Origin: an uncultured delta proteobacterium
GTDB taxonomy: Bacteria; Desulfobacterota; Binatia; Bin18
Length of the DNA stretch: 64,000 nucleotides
NCBI GenBank assembly: GCA_963733195.1
Contig: CAVTCR010000017.1
Span: 40,270-104,269 of the forward strand
Direction: 5' to 3'
The position numbers were made by a program, and so were the translations under genes. The notes beneath the pieces were generated by a model. It saw only the letters and a program-made list of their open reading frames with translations, ran no database searches and was not told the DNA's origin. Positions 1-10,521 of this stretch are shown here, piece after piece (the stretch's first letter is position 1; each line of letters opens with the position of its first letter).

Positions 1-2
1 TT

Positions 3-191
3 CTGCAGGACGCTCTTGCTGAGCGCGATTATATTGGCAAAACCTTCTCGATCGGTGACATGGCAGTGTTGCCCTACATCTATCTCGCTACAGATTTAGG
101 ATTAGATATCACTCCGTGGTCGTCTGTCGCCGCTTATTATAAGCGGCTTTCAGTACGACCAGCATGGCAGAAGGTGATCGGATGGAAATGA
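3..191 (+). CDS. Glutathione S-transferase family protein, C-terminal part (runs off window start)
   Basis: Manual translation LQDALAERDYIGKTFSIGDMAVLPYIY...WSSVAAYYKRLSVRPAWQKVIGWK*; the FSxxD N-cap and RPAW end are typical of the GST C-domain. Confidence 0.75.
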   Translation: MQDALAERDYIGKTFSIGDMAVLPYIYLATDLGLDITPWSSVAAYYKRLSVRPAWQKVIGWK

Positions 192-301
192 TTGCCACGG
201 TGTTTTCTGCTGCTTCCTTCTGAGTCTGTTTAAAAAACGTTGAAAATTCAATAGATTTTTCACTTCTTTTGCAGCTAACAAAATAACTCCAAAAATTTTT
301 C

Positions 302-345
302 TTGACTTCATTTCAAGCGTGACTTATGTAGTCAAATTAGACTAC
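302..345 (+). promoter_or_regulatory. Putative promoter (-35 TTGACT) and palindromic operator GTAGTC-aaatta-GACTAC upstream of padR
   Basis: TTGACT at 302-307; 18-bp inverted repeat at 328-345, just before the GTG at 364; PadR regulators commonly autoregulate through such sites. Confidence 0.55.
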
Positions 346-363
346 TCTGAAGAAAGTAATTCA

Positions 364-954
364 GTGAGCGTTCAACTCGTCATCCTTGGTCTACTTTCGG
401 AAAAGCCACGCCACGGCTACGAACTTCGTCAAGAAGTCGAACGCCGACTCTACGCGACCTACATGAACCTCAGTGGGGGTTCGCTTTATTACAACCTCGG
501 GCGGTTAGAACGAGCCGGGTATGTTGAGAAAACCCGTGTTGAGCAGAACGGTCGTTACCCTGCCCGCCGAATCTATCAGATCACTCCAGACGGAGCTGTC
601 CATTTCCGTACCGAACTGCGGAAACTTTTATTTGACGTCGAGGGGCGAGAAAAGGTATTTGACCCTTTTAATACCGCACTCGCCTTTGGCCATTTTGTTG
701 ATGAAGAGGAACTTCGCGAAGCGGTGACCGCGCAGCTCAAATGGGCGCAAGAACGTGTGGCGTGGATTCGTACGCAGCAGGAGTTCTGGCAATCTCAGGA
801 AATCTCCTTTGCACAGGGAAAAATTATCGAACATGGGCTGGCACACTATGAAGCAGAAATTCGCTGGTTGCAGCACTTTCTGCGTGACCTTGATGTCCGT
901 GAAATGAAGGCACTGAAGCAAGAGCCCAGAGCCAGCGTCTCTAAAATAAAATAG
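364..954 (+). CDS. PadR family transcriptional regulator
   Basis: ILGLLSEKPRHGYEL...GSLYYNLGRLERAGYV...RRIYQITPDG winged-HTH; start placed at GTG 364 (ORF track starts at 319). Confidence 0.9.
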   Translation: MSVQLVILGLLSEKPRHGYELRQEVERRLYATYMNLSGGSLYYNLGRLERAGYVEKTRVEQNGRYPARRIYQITPDGAVHFRTELRKLLFDVEGREKVFDPFNTALAFGHFVDEEELREAVTAQLKWAQERVAWIRTQQEFWQSQEISFAQGKIIEHGLAHYEAEIRWLQHFLRDLDVREMKALKQEPRASVSKIK

Positions 955-988
955 AAGAGCAAATTTGTCTTAATAGGAGGAACTCATT

Positions 989-1642
989 GTGGAAGGTCAA
1001 CAAGGATTAAGCGTACTCGATATGATTCAACAGGGGTGGTACATCACCTACCCCTTAATCGTGATTTCGATCATCACTATCACGGTGATTTGTGAGCGAC
1101 TCTGGGCGCTCCGGGGGCTAATCGGTGGCACTCTGCGTGTCGCAGGAGGGTTAGTCGGTAGATTGCAAAAGGGCGATTTCAAGGGGGCACTGACGTCGGC
1201 ACAGCAGGACAAGACCGCGCCTGCCGCGCGAATCTTCCGCGATGTCATTTCTCAGCAAGACGGGGAATCGCTTGAGTATCTTTCCGAGATCGTCGAAGAC
1301 CGTCGGTTTGAGGAGATCGATGCCCTTAAAGGAGCGATTTGGATTCTCGGCACTGTCGCGGTGAGCGCCCCGTTTATCGGGCTGTTGGGAACCGTAGTTG
1401 GTATCATTAAGTCATTCCACAGCATGTCGGTCACTGGCAGTGGCGGGTTCACCGTGGTTGCTGGTGGTATCTCGGAAGCGTTGATCGCCACCGCCCTGGG
1501 GTTGGCCGTCGCCATCATCGCGGTCATTTTTTACAACTACTTTCAGACCAAGCTCGAACGCATTGAGTCAGCGATGACGATCGCGTCTGACCGCGTGCTG
1601 GAAGCGATTCGCATGGGGAGGAAAGCTCATGGGAATGTCTAG
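989..1642 (+). CDS. MotA/TolQ/ExbB proton channel protein
   Basis: APFIGLLGTVVGIIKSF and GISEALIATALGLAVAI motifs; AGGAGG RBS. Confidence 0.92.
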   Translation: MEGQQGLSVLDMIQQGWYITYPLIVISIITITVICERLWALRGLIGGTLRVAGGLVGRLQKGDFKGALTSAQQDKTAPAARIFRDVISQQDGESLEYLSEIVEDRRFEEIDALKGAIWILGTVAVSAPFIGLLGTVVGIIKSFHSMSVTGSGGFTVVAGGISEALIATALGLAVAIIAVIFYNYFQTKLERIESAMTIASDRVLEAIRMGRKAHGNV

Positions 1643-2051
1643 CCCACGCAAGAAAAAAGGCAGCAGTTCGGCCATCATGGCCGAGATTAACATCACCCCG
1701 CTGACTGACGTCTTCTTGGTGCTGTTGATTATTTTCATGGTTACCAGCGTGGCTATGGTGCAGTCGGGCGCCAACATCAATCTGCCAGAGGTGGAAGAGA
1801 CCAAGTCAGAACCTCGACAGATTGTGATTACCGTCACACCCAAGAAAGAAGTGTTCATCAACAACACCCCAGTATCGCTGGCCGACCTGGAAGGATTCCT
1901 CCGTCCTCTGATTCTGGCGCAACCAGACATCCCGGTTGTATTAGAGGGGGATAAGGAGGTGTTGATGGGAGACGCAGTGCAAATTCTTGCCGTCGCCCAA
2001 AGAGCTGGGGCAAAAACTATCGCGGTTGCTTCTGAAAAAAGGTCAAGTTGA
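1629..2051 (+). CDS. ExbD/TolR family protein
   Basis: EINITPLTDVFLVLLIIFMV TM helix with the conserved Asp; overlaps the exbB-like gene. Confidence 0.92.
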   Translation: MGMSSPRKKKGSSSAIMAEINITPLTDVFLVLLIIFMVTSVAMVQSGANINLPEVEETKSEPRQIVITVTPKKEVFINNTPVSLADLEGFLRPLILAQPDIPVVLEGDKEVLMGDAVQILAVAQRAGAKTIAVASEKRSS

Positions 2052-2085
2052 TGCCTGCAATGTCAGAGGGAAAAACAGGTGACCT

Positions 2086-3390
2086 ATGGCTGAAGAACGA
2101 AAAAAATCACCGGCACTGACCTCCATTCAACAAGAGCTGCAAGAGGACATGTGGCTGTACCGCGGACAGCGAGTAGGGAAAAATGCCCGCTGGTTTGCTC
2201 TCTCTGCCGTTGCCCATGTGTTACTCCTCGGACTCTTCGCCACGGTCTCGATGACGATCGCGCATAAACGCCAAGAGCTGGTGAAACTCGCGAAAGTCCA
2301 AGACCTGGCGCCTTCACTCGAAGAGCTGGAACGGATGAGGAAGGCGCAAGCTGAGGAGAAAAAGCCTGAAGACTGGGAAGGTGAGCCTTCACTCAAAGAC
2401 CTGCCAGGCGTGTTAACCATGGAGCAGTTGGCGCCGAAGAAAGCCTCGACGCCGGCTGGGCCGCCGCCGGAAGTGGGTAACGTCCAAGCCGTTCGTGCGC
2501 CGGTTATTCCAGTCGCGCCTCCACCGCCAACAGCGAGATCACTTCCAGTAATTGAAGGACTAGGGCCGGGTGTCATTCAAGTAAACAACAACGGACGTGA
2601 TGGTGCTGGCCAGCTCTCTAATCTTAATGCCATCGGTGCGATCGGAGGAGCAATGGGCGGCCTCGGTGGTGCCGGTGGAGATTATGTTGGTGGGCTGCGC
2701 AAAGTCGGGCTTGATGTGGCTCTGGTGATCGACGCGACCGACAGTATGCAGTTCGTGGCGGATTCGCTTAAATCTCGACTGCTCAAACTTATCGCTTCTC
2801 TCCACAAGATGGTGCCGACCACACGGATCGGTATCGTTGCGTATCGCGACAAGGGTGAAGAGTATGTCACCAAATGGGTCGATCTCAGCTTCTCGACCAG
2901 CAAGCTGCAAGATTTCGTCTCGAACCTACAAGCTGGGGGTGGTGGGGATTGGCCGGAAGCTGTGTTTGATGGACTCGAAGCCGCAGTCAATGATCTTAAA
3001 TGGCGTAAAAATTCCAAGCGCGTCATCGTACTTGTGGCAGGTTCGCCTCCGCATCCAGACAGCGTGGGCAACGTACTCGGGCTAGTGCAAAATTTTCAGG
3101 CCCAGGGTGGGATGGTGAGTGTTCTGGATATGGCTGACAAAATGCACGAAGATTTCGAGCGTGCCATCTATAGAACCAGCTCGCAGCTGATCGCAAGTGA
3201 GTTCAAAGTCTCCCCGCTACCGGCATTTTACCAGGAGTTCCGTAACACTATGTCGTCAATTGCTAAAGCTGGGGGCGGAGAATTCATCCCGCTCACTGAG
3301 GATAAAGCGCTGACGAAGCAGATTATCGTCATGACGTTTGGCTCACGCTGGCAGACGGAGATGGCGAAGTGGCTGCGTGATTTGGAATAA
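2086..3390 (+). CDS. Membrane-anchored TonB/TolA-like protein with a C-terminal vWA domain
   Basis: TM FALSAVAHVLLLGLF (S-x3-H motif), Pro/Gly-rich linker, vWA with MIDAS-like DATDSM, RIGIVAYRD, GGGDWPEAV. Confidence 0.8.
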   Translation: MAEERKKSPALTSIQQELQEDMWLYRGQRVGKNARWFALSAVAHVLLLGLFATVSMTIAHKRQELVKLAKVQDLAPSLEELERMRKAQAEEKKPEDWEGEPSLKDLPGVLTMEQLAPKKASTPAGPPPEVGNVQAVRAPVIPVAPPPPTARSLPVIEGLGPGVIQVNNNGRDGAGQLSNLNAIGAIGGAMGGLGGAGGDYVGGLRKVGLDVALVIDATDSMQFVADSLKSRLLKLIASLHKMVPTTRIGIVAYRDKGEEYVTKWVDLSFSTSKLQDFVSNLQAGGGGDWPEAVFDGLEAAVNDLKWRKNSKRVIVLVAGSPPHPDSVGNVLGLVQNFQAQGGMVSVLDMADKMHEDFERAIYRTSSQLIASEFKVSPLPAFYQEFRNTMSSIAKAGGGEFIPLTEDKALTKQIIVMTFGSRWQTEMAKWLRDLE

Positions 3391-3423
3391 GAGAAAAGCA
3401 ACCGCGAGTGGTCACGGTGCGGT

Positions 3424-3452
3424 GTAGGGGCAGGTCTGCAACCTGCCCCTAC
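3424..3452. repeat. GTAG-type REP-like perfect hairpin
   Basis: GTAGGGGCAGGT-ctgca-ACCTGCCCCTAC: 12-bp perfect stem, intergenic. Confidence 0.75.
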
Positions 3453-3504
3453 CCTTCTATAAAGAGCGTGTGACAGGGCCAGAGTTTCGACAAGGAGAGT
3501 CGAA

Positions 3505-5923
3505 GTGCAACTGTTGGTGATTTTTTCCTTTCTCTGTTCACTGGTAGGGATCGTCTCGTTTCCGCAGACGAGCACCGCGGAAACCGTCGCAAGCTTGTTA
3601 GGACAAGCCCGCCAAGCCAGCGCGCAAGTACGCGGGCTTAAAAACGGCAGTACCAGCGACAAGCAACAAGCGATTCAGATTCTCGGGCCGATTGCACTCA
3701 GTCTCGTTGGTGCTTCTGATCTTGCCTCGGCAGCGCAATCACAACGGGGAACAGTGCGAGAGGTCTACGAAACACTGAACGGCCCACTCGAAGACATTTA
3801 CGAGGCTGCCTTTGCTGATATCAACCGGATGAGCAAGCGTGTCATGGATATCGATGGTGATCTTGAAGCCCTCTACGAAACCAGAGAATGGAAAGACGCT
3901 CAGCTTGTCGCTTCACAATCCCTCTATTTTCTCAATTGGTTGCGGTATATCGGTTCTTATGTCGTTGACGGCGGAAAACGAAAAGAACTGCTGCAGAAAG
4001 CTGCCGATGGATTCTCTGAATTTGCCGTTGGCCAACAGGGTTCGCAACTCAAACGTGAGAGTCTCTTTGGTCGTGCATTAGCAGAAAAGGACTTGCGACA
4101 ATTTGATTGGGCGATTCGTGATTTTGAGTTGCTCTTGCAGGAGCCCAACCTGCCTAACGACATGGAACGCAAGGTGCGTGCGAGTCTCGCCGACGCCAAG
4201 GCTAGAAAAGCACGCGGGGGGAATCAGAAGGACGATGATAGTAATGCCCCAGCGCCGCCGACCCCTGAAGACATTGCTAAAGCGTACTTAGACAAAGCAA
4301 GAAGTTTATTCGAACGTCGCCGCAAAGAAACTGGGGCGACACGGGAGAAGACCCTTCTCGAAGCACTCGCGTATGCTGAGGAGGCGAAAAAGAAAAGCGA
4401 CAAACTCAAAGGCCCTGCGGATGCATTGATAAAGGAAGAGCTGACTCCTGAAGAAACCGCTATGCTTGAGGAGGAACGGAATCCGTTTCCCCAGTGGAAG
4501 GAAGCGACCGAACTCTTACGCGCGAACAACTATGCGCAAGCGGTTCCTCTTCTCAAAGAGGTAGTAGCGTCGGGCGACCCACGAGCCACTGCCCATCGTC
4601 GGGATGCCCTGTATTTTCTCAGTGCCGGTCTTTTCCAGCAGGGCGAATATCGCCAAACGATCGAGCGTGTTGATGAATTCTTTGGCAATGACGGTGCTCC
4701 GGCACGCTACGGTGCTGATGCGGCGTATCTGCGTTTCAAAGCTGCTGAGAAAATCTATTCTAGTAGCAAACCGCCGACCGAAGAGAATACCAAACTCTAT
4801 GTGACAACGACAAAAGACTTTATCCGTCGCTATCCGACGCACAAATCGATCTTTGAGGCGTACTTTCGTCTCGGCGAGTACGAACAGAGCAAGGAAAACT
4901 ACCTGGGAGCGGTGGACTACTATCAAAAAGTGACAGGTGATGTACCGTTCCGTGTACGGGCAGACTACGCGTCTTTGCAGAGCTATTCTGCGCTCCAAGA
5001 AGCGATTGATGAGAAGAAGCCAGTTCCTATTGCCGAGAAAGATTTGCGATCGCGGATCGGGGCGAGCTTGCAATCGTTCTGGAAGAACCTTGCTGTCCTC
5101 GATCAAAACCCCGCCCAAGCACAGCAGATCAAGGACCTCAAAGAATGGCGCGGAAAAGCAACCTTCATGAACGCCGTTTATCTTGGCAAGGATATGGACG
5201 CGAACGCGACTGCGCTTGTGTCCTTGTTACAAGATTTTGAGAAAAAATATCCTGAACAGAAAGATGCCTTTGAGTCAGTTGCACGTACACGTCTTATTGT
5301 TCTGCAAAAGACGGGACGGTACGCTGAACTAGAGAAGGAAACAGAGCGAATTTTTGCGACCTACAACGGCGAACAGCAGCAGGAGTTGGTAAAAGGACTG
5401 AATCAGGTACTGACTTCAGACATCAAACGATTGGAAAAGGGCGGCGACAAGGAGAAAGACAATGTACTCGTTGCCAAGCGTACCTTAGCACGATTGCATG
5501 CCGAACGTCTCAGACGTGGCGATGCCTTTGGGCCAGAGGAGTCTCCAGAGCAATTCAAGTATGATTTGGCTCAACTCTATCTTGACATTAAAGACTACGA
5601 CAAGGCCGAGGCGATCTACCAAGAACTACGACAAGGTGCATACTCTCTCGCGGCACTGGCCGGATTGGCACAGATCGCCGATGTGAAAGGGGATACAAAT
5701 CAATCTTTCGCCTTATGGAGTGACTTACTCAAAGAGGCAAAACCGGACGAACCTGCATGGTTTCGTGGCACCTATGGCGTTGCTCAACTCCAAGCCAAGC
5801 AAGGTAACAAAGAGCAATCGTGCAAAACTATTAGTGAGGCATTTGTGCAGGATTAGCCAACTGAGAGACGCCGGTCTGAAAAAACGGATTCAAGAGCTAT
5901 CGTTGCAGAGTTGTAAGAAGTGA
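3505..5923 (+). CDS. Large exported TPR-repeat protein (apparent frameshift near 5850)
   Basis: Signal peptide and several TPR-like helical pairs (EAYFRLGEY, DALYFLSAGLFQQGEY); ORF 3505-5856 continues in another frame to TGA 5923. Confidence 0.75.
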
Positions 5924-5990
5924 GTGCGTAAAACGTGATACGTAAGACATCGAGAACCGGGAGGAGTGGTTACGTTTTACGCATTTTCTA
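5921..5990. repeat. Short heptamer tandem repeats in inverted arrangement
   Basis: gtaaaac/gtgatac/gtaagac ... ttacgtt/ttacgca. Confidence 0.5.
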
Positions 5991-6041
5991 GTCGGTAAAC
6001 GCTCTTTCCCTCTTCCACAGACTCCTATAAATATAGCGCCT

Positions 6042-6704
6042 ATGTCAACAGAACCAATCTCCGGGGGATTGTGGTTTTTCATTGTCAAAGGCGGACCGGT
6101 GATGATTCCCATCATCATCCTGTCAATTGTTGCGCTCACGATCATCTTCGCAAAATTCTGGGAACTCTGGCGGTTTCGCCTTCGTCTCAACAACTTAACG
6201 AATAAACTCTACAATCTTGTACAAGATGGTAATATCTCTGGCGCACTCAAGGCTAGTCGCGAGGATGCAACAGCACTGGGACGTGTATTTGAGAGTGCAA
6301 TTGTCCATCGCACGCAAGAGCGCTCTGAGTTGACACGCCGGTTGGAGCGGTTTGGTGGTGATGTGGTCGCTGACCTGGAATCGTATATGGGTGCGCTTGC
6401 TACCATCATCGGCGTTGAACCGATGCTGGGTTTTCTCGGCACTATCGTTGGCCTCATTAAGGCGTTTATGAATTGGGAAACGATGGGTGATCGTATTACC
6501 ATCAACCTATTAGCTGGTGGTATCTATGAGGCAATGATCACTACGGCCGCAGGGCTTATTGTCGCCATTCCTTACTATCTGATTTACAACCACTTAGTTA
6601 CGAAAGTCGGTAAGCTTACGCGGCTGACCGAAGAGCGGACGGAAGAGTTTGTTGATTTGGTCACAGACATGAATGTCAAGGAGCCGGTTCGTCATGCGCT
6701 TTAA
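6042..6704 (+). CDS. Second MotA/TolQ/ExbB proton channel protein
   Basis: KGGPVMIPI, EPMLGFLGTIVGLIKAF, GGIYEAMITTAAGLIVAIP. Confidence 0.92.
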   Translation: MSTEPISGGLWFFIVKGGPVMIPIIILSIVALTIIFAKFWELWRFRLRLNNLTNKLYNLVQDGNISGALKASREDATALGRVFESAIVHRTQERSELTRRLERFGGDVVADLESYMGALATIIGVEPMLGFLGTIVGLIKAFMNWETMGDRITINLLAGGIYEAMITTAAGLIVAIPYYLIYNHLVTKVGKLTRLTEERTEEFVDLVTDMNVKEPVRHAL

Positions 6705-7113
6705 ACGGCAGAGTAAGCTCATGTTCAGTATGGAGTCAGTGGCGATCACTGACATCATCATGAACATGTTCATCTTCTTCTTCATCACTTTCAGTTTTCT
6801 TGCCTCGTTCAATAAATCAAGAGAGGGCCAAGTCGATGTGAACCTGCCGAAAGCGACCTCGGCCTCTCCGCCGATCGAGCGCAAGAGCCTCACAGTGAGT
6901 CTAACCAAAGAGGGAGGTCTCTTTCTCAACGACGCGCCAATTTCCCTTGAGCAGCTCAAAACTCGCATGCAAGAAGAAAAAGGCCAAGCTGTAGAAGTAA
7001 CGCTTGTGGTGCGAGCCGATAAAGAAGTCCAGCATGGTCGCGTCGTCGAGGTCATGGACATCGCTCGTAACGAAGGACTCAATCGCCTGGCCATCGGGGC
7101 GCAAGCGCGATAG
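6694..7113 (+). CDS. Second ExbD/TolR family protein
   Basis: AITDIIMNMFIFFFI TM with Asp; VNLPKA; RADKEVQHGRVVEVMD. Confidence 0.9.
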   Translation: MRFKRQSKLMFSMESVAITDIIMNMFIFFFITFSFLASFNKSREGQVDVNLPKATSASPPIERKSLTVSLTKEGGLFLNDAPISLEQLKTRMQEEKGQAVEVTLVVRADKEVQHGRVVEVMDIARNEGLNRLAIGAQAR

Positions 7114-7198
7114 AAGAGAGGGAAAAGGGGAAACGGAAGAGCACGAAGAGTAACTTTTTTTCTCCCTTTCGCCATTTACCCTTTTCGCCTTTTCCCCT
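7114..7198. repeat. Purine/pyrimidine octamer-like inverted tandem repeats (possible terminator)
   Basis: gggaaaaggggaaacggaaga ... cgccattt/accctttt/cgcctttt/cccc. Confidence 0.5.
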
Positions 7199-7201
7199 GA
7201 T

Positions 7202-8110
7202 ATGCAAACTGCGTGGCAACAACAGAACCTTACTGCTATTACTCACCGTCTTGCCGCTGTGAAACGACTACCGGCTGGCATCCTCTTTGAGCGTAAGTCG
7301 CAGTACAATCACATCATCGTCCGTAAGACCTCAGAGCAACTCTTACTTTGTTATCGTCACGAGCGGCATCGTACTGAGGAAGTGGAATCGCGGCTTGATC
7401 CGGAGAATCCGCTCGCGTTACTGTCGGATTACACACAAGCCATGCTGTTGGCGTTGGCGTGGCAATCCGCACCGCAACGGGTTCTATTACTAGGACTTGG
7501 TGGTGGCCGTTTGCAGATGGTGCTGCATCATTACCTCGAACACCTCGAACTCTACACCGTAGAACTCGATCCTCTGGTTGTCGAAGTAGCTCAACGTTTC
7601 TTTGCCTGGGAAACGGACCCACGCCAGCATCTGACGGTGAAAGACGGACGTGATTATCTGCGCGGGTTTCCTACTGAAGCACCATATGATGTGATTCTGC
7701 TTGATGCCTTTCAAGTGAGCGGTATTCCCGTGCATCTGTGCACACGCGAGTTTTTTGCTGAGTGTCGTGAGAATCTTACTCCAGAGGGGATCGTTGCAAC
7801 CAATCTCCACATCTCCACCTCGATTTACGATTCAATCCGTAAAACTTTTGCAGCAGCGTTTCGTTCGACCACTGCGTTTCGTTTGCTCGGCGGCAATGTG
7901 GTGGTAGTTGGTAGCGAAGCCGAGCGATTAACATTACCAGAGATTCGCGAGCGCATAGCCGCCGTGCAAGAGCGGTACGGATTTAATTTTGCCTTGCCCG
8001 AACTCGCGCGCCGCGAAGCTTCCGGTGCGTCCTATCGTCAGAGTGCGCCGATCTTGCGTGATGCGTATACGCCAATGGGGGAAATGCCTCCTCCGACTAC
8101 GCGACGGTAA
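7202..8110 (+). CDS. Spermidine synthase-like SAM-dependent transferase
   Basis: RKSQYNHIIV, VLLLGLGGG, VELDPLVVEVAQRFF, DGRDYL, YDVILLDAF, HLCTREFF. Confidence 0.85.
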   Translation: MQTAWQQQNLTAITHRLAAVKRLPAGILFERKSQYNHIIVRKTSEQLLLCYRHERHRTEEVESRLDPENPLALLSDYTQAMLLALAWQSAPQRVLLLGLGGGRLQMVLHHYLEHLELYTVELDPLVVEVAQRFFAWETDPRQHLTVKDGRDYLRGFPTEAPYDVILLDAFQVSGIPVHLCTREFFAECRENLTPEGIVATNLHISTSIYDSIRKTFAAAFRSTTAFRLLGGNVVVVGSEAERLTLPEIRERIAAVQERYGFNFALPELARREASGASYRQSAPILRDAYTPMGEMPPPTTRR

Positions 8111-8134
8111 CCGTCTAACACTTGAGACTCGAAA

Positions 8135-9845
8135 TTACTCCCCACCCTTTGCCAACACCTCTACTACTGGCACCGGTTTCTCTTTGCCCTTGACCGCCAT
8201 TGTCGCTGTCCGTCCGAGCGTGAATTCTGGGCCGAGATGCGAGGCGGTCACTTCCGAAATGACAATCGTCGTTTGCAGCTCTTTGGTAAGCCCTTCAATC
8301 CGACTTGCCAAGTTCACCGGATCACCTATTACTGAATATTCGACACGTTTGTCTGGACCAATCAGTCCAGCAACGACTTCACCAGTGTGAATACCGACGC
8401 CAATGCGGAGGACAGGGAAATCCTGTTCTTGTAACCGAACGTTGAGCGATCTAAGCCGTTCTACCATCCCTAATGCCGCTCGTACTGCTCGTGCAGGACT
8501 ATCAGGGTACTCGTTTGGTGCACCAAAGAGTGCCATCACACCGTCACCTGTAAATTGATTGACGACCCCACCTTCGGCCTCGACGGCTGCGACCATCTCG
8601 GTGAAAAACTGATTGAGCATACGGACCAATATGGCCGGATCAGTCCGCTCACTAATGGTGGTGAACCCACGAATATCCTGGAAAAGAATACTTATCTCAC
8701 GACGTTCGCCAGCCAGGGGCACGTGTCCACTGAGTACAGCGTTCGCAATATCCTGTGAGACAAACCGACCGAAGGTGTCTTTGATCTTCTCTCGTTCTTC
8801 GAGTCCGCTGACCATCTCGTTGAATGAGGCACCAAGAAACCCGATTTCATCTTGTCGTTTGACTGCAATTCGCTGGTTGAAGTTGCCCTGGAGCACTTGC
8901 TGCATACTTTGTACTAAGGTCTGAATCGGTGCGGTAATTCCGCTGGTAAGCCCACCGCCAAGCACTAATGCGCCAAGCAGCGCCGCAAGCCCGACTCCGG
9001 CGATTCGCCACCGTAGGCCGGCTAACGGTGCAAGCGCGGCGTCGTACGAACGCTGCACCAGTGCGTAGAGCGGTGAAGGAAGCTGCGATTGAATCGGGAC
9101 CAGCAGAGACAAGAAACGCTCCCCCTTCAAGCTGAGCAAAAAAGTCTGGTCTGGTGGGTGCTGGAAAATCTCCGCTGTGGGCCGCTGACCCGGTGTCAGA
9201 AGTTGTCGTTCGGTCGGTGGCCACGATGAGGAAAACAGTCGCTCTTGAGTAAGAAACGACACTTCAGACCCAGTCTGTTCTTTCAGTTGTTGCACAGTAA
9301 TATCACCGATGCTCGTACCTAACAGGAGGAAGCCGATCACTCTGGGAGCGAGGATAGGTACGACCATGAACTGATAGAGGGCAGCGTCGACTTCGATGAC
9401 CAGGACCACAGGTGAAGCGGCAGCAAATGCCTCTTCGAATGCCGGGAAGAATGGCGAGTTCTTTGCCACTGACGAACTTGCCGCTTGAGTCAGCAAACAG
9501 CACTCCAGTTTCATCGGTAATCCAGAGTACGTCTCCACCTGTGCGGTCACGATAATTCTGCGCGACAGAGAGGAGTGTCAAAGAATCCCGCGTCGCAAAC
9601 GCCTTTTTGAGTGCAAAGTCAGAAGCTAACAATTCTGCTTTTTCGAGCAGGTGTTCGGCGCGCCCTTTCATGGCGCGTCGAAACACTTGATCGGTGACTT
9701 GCAGCTCGCGCGTGAGGATTGATTGAACCTGGCGACTCACCATCAGTTGGGTGAGCCACAGAGTGAGAACCAACAACAAGAGGATCAGCGCTGAGAAGGC
9801 AAGAAAAATCTTCGTGCGTATCCGACTACGGGCCCACCATGTCAT
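8135..9845 (-). CDS. Class III adenylate/guanylate cyclase with periplasmic Cache-like and HAMP domains (frameshift ~9470-9500)
   Basis: ILFQDIRGFT, FTGDGVMALFGAP, IGVGIHTG, IGDPVNLASRIE; HAMP DEIGFLGASFNEM; N-terminal TM in ORF 9303-9845. Confidence 0.88.
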
Positions 9846-10519
9846 CGAGACCCTCGTTGCCCACTGATCGCAGGACGTTCCTGCGCCGGTTTCAAGCTGA
9901 GAGTAAAGGTTAGCTCGGGTGTGGCTTCATCGATCCGTATTTGTTGGGTGGTGTCTGCTATTTTGCCGCGACTACGCTCATGCCACGACACCAGGGAATA
10001 GGTACCGGGTGGTATGTCAGGCAGGACAAACCGGCCGTTTGCATCTGTGGTCGCATAATAGGGAGACGGAACGACCAGAATAACGGCTGACATCCAATCA
10101 TGGATGTTGCAGCCGACATCGACGACGCCGGGTTGATCAAAGGCAACGGATGGCTTTGCCTCGCCTTTGTAAAGCGGGAGGTCGAAGCTCTTAGCGCGAG
10201 AGAAAGAGTATACATGATGGTGAATCTGATCATGATTTGGGAACTGGACCTCGGTCCCAACAGGTATTGGCAGAAGATTTGGGACAAATTGTTTATCTAT
10301 TTGATCCAGGGTCGCTGTGCGATGAGCTGCTGGTTTTGCTCCGCCCGATGCTGGGGTCTGAACAAAGACGACGGCCTGAGGAATGCCGGTTCCTTGCTCG
10401 TCAACGACCTTGCCTTTTACTTCTGCAGCTTGGGTAACAGAGACACAACTCATGAACACAGCAACAACAATGATGGTCCACTGCCAGCGCGACGTCCAAG
10501 ATATAACAAACTGTTCCAT
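9842..10519 (-). CDS. Exported cupredoxin-like protein with carboxypeptidase-regulatory-like segments
   Basis: Signal peptide; FPNHDQIHHHVYSFS and GCNIHDWM (His/Cys/His/Met type-1 Cu ligands). Confidence 0.82.
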   Translation of the reverse strand: MEQFVISWTSRWQWTIIVVAVFMSCVSVTQAAEVKGKVVDEQGTGIPQAVVFVQTPASGGAKPAAHRTATLDQIDKQFVPNLLPIPVGTEVQFPNHDQIHHHVYSFSRAKSFDLPLYKGEAKPSVAFDQPGVVDVGCNIHDWMSAVILVVPSPYYATTDANGRFVLPDIPPGTYSLVSWHERSRGKIADTTQQIRIDEATPELTFTLSLKPAQERPAISGQRGSR

Positions 10520-10521
10520 AA

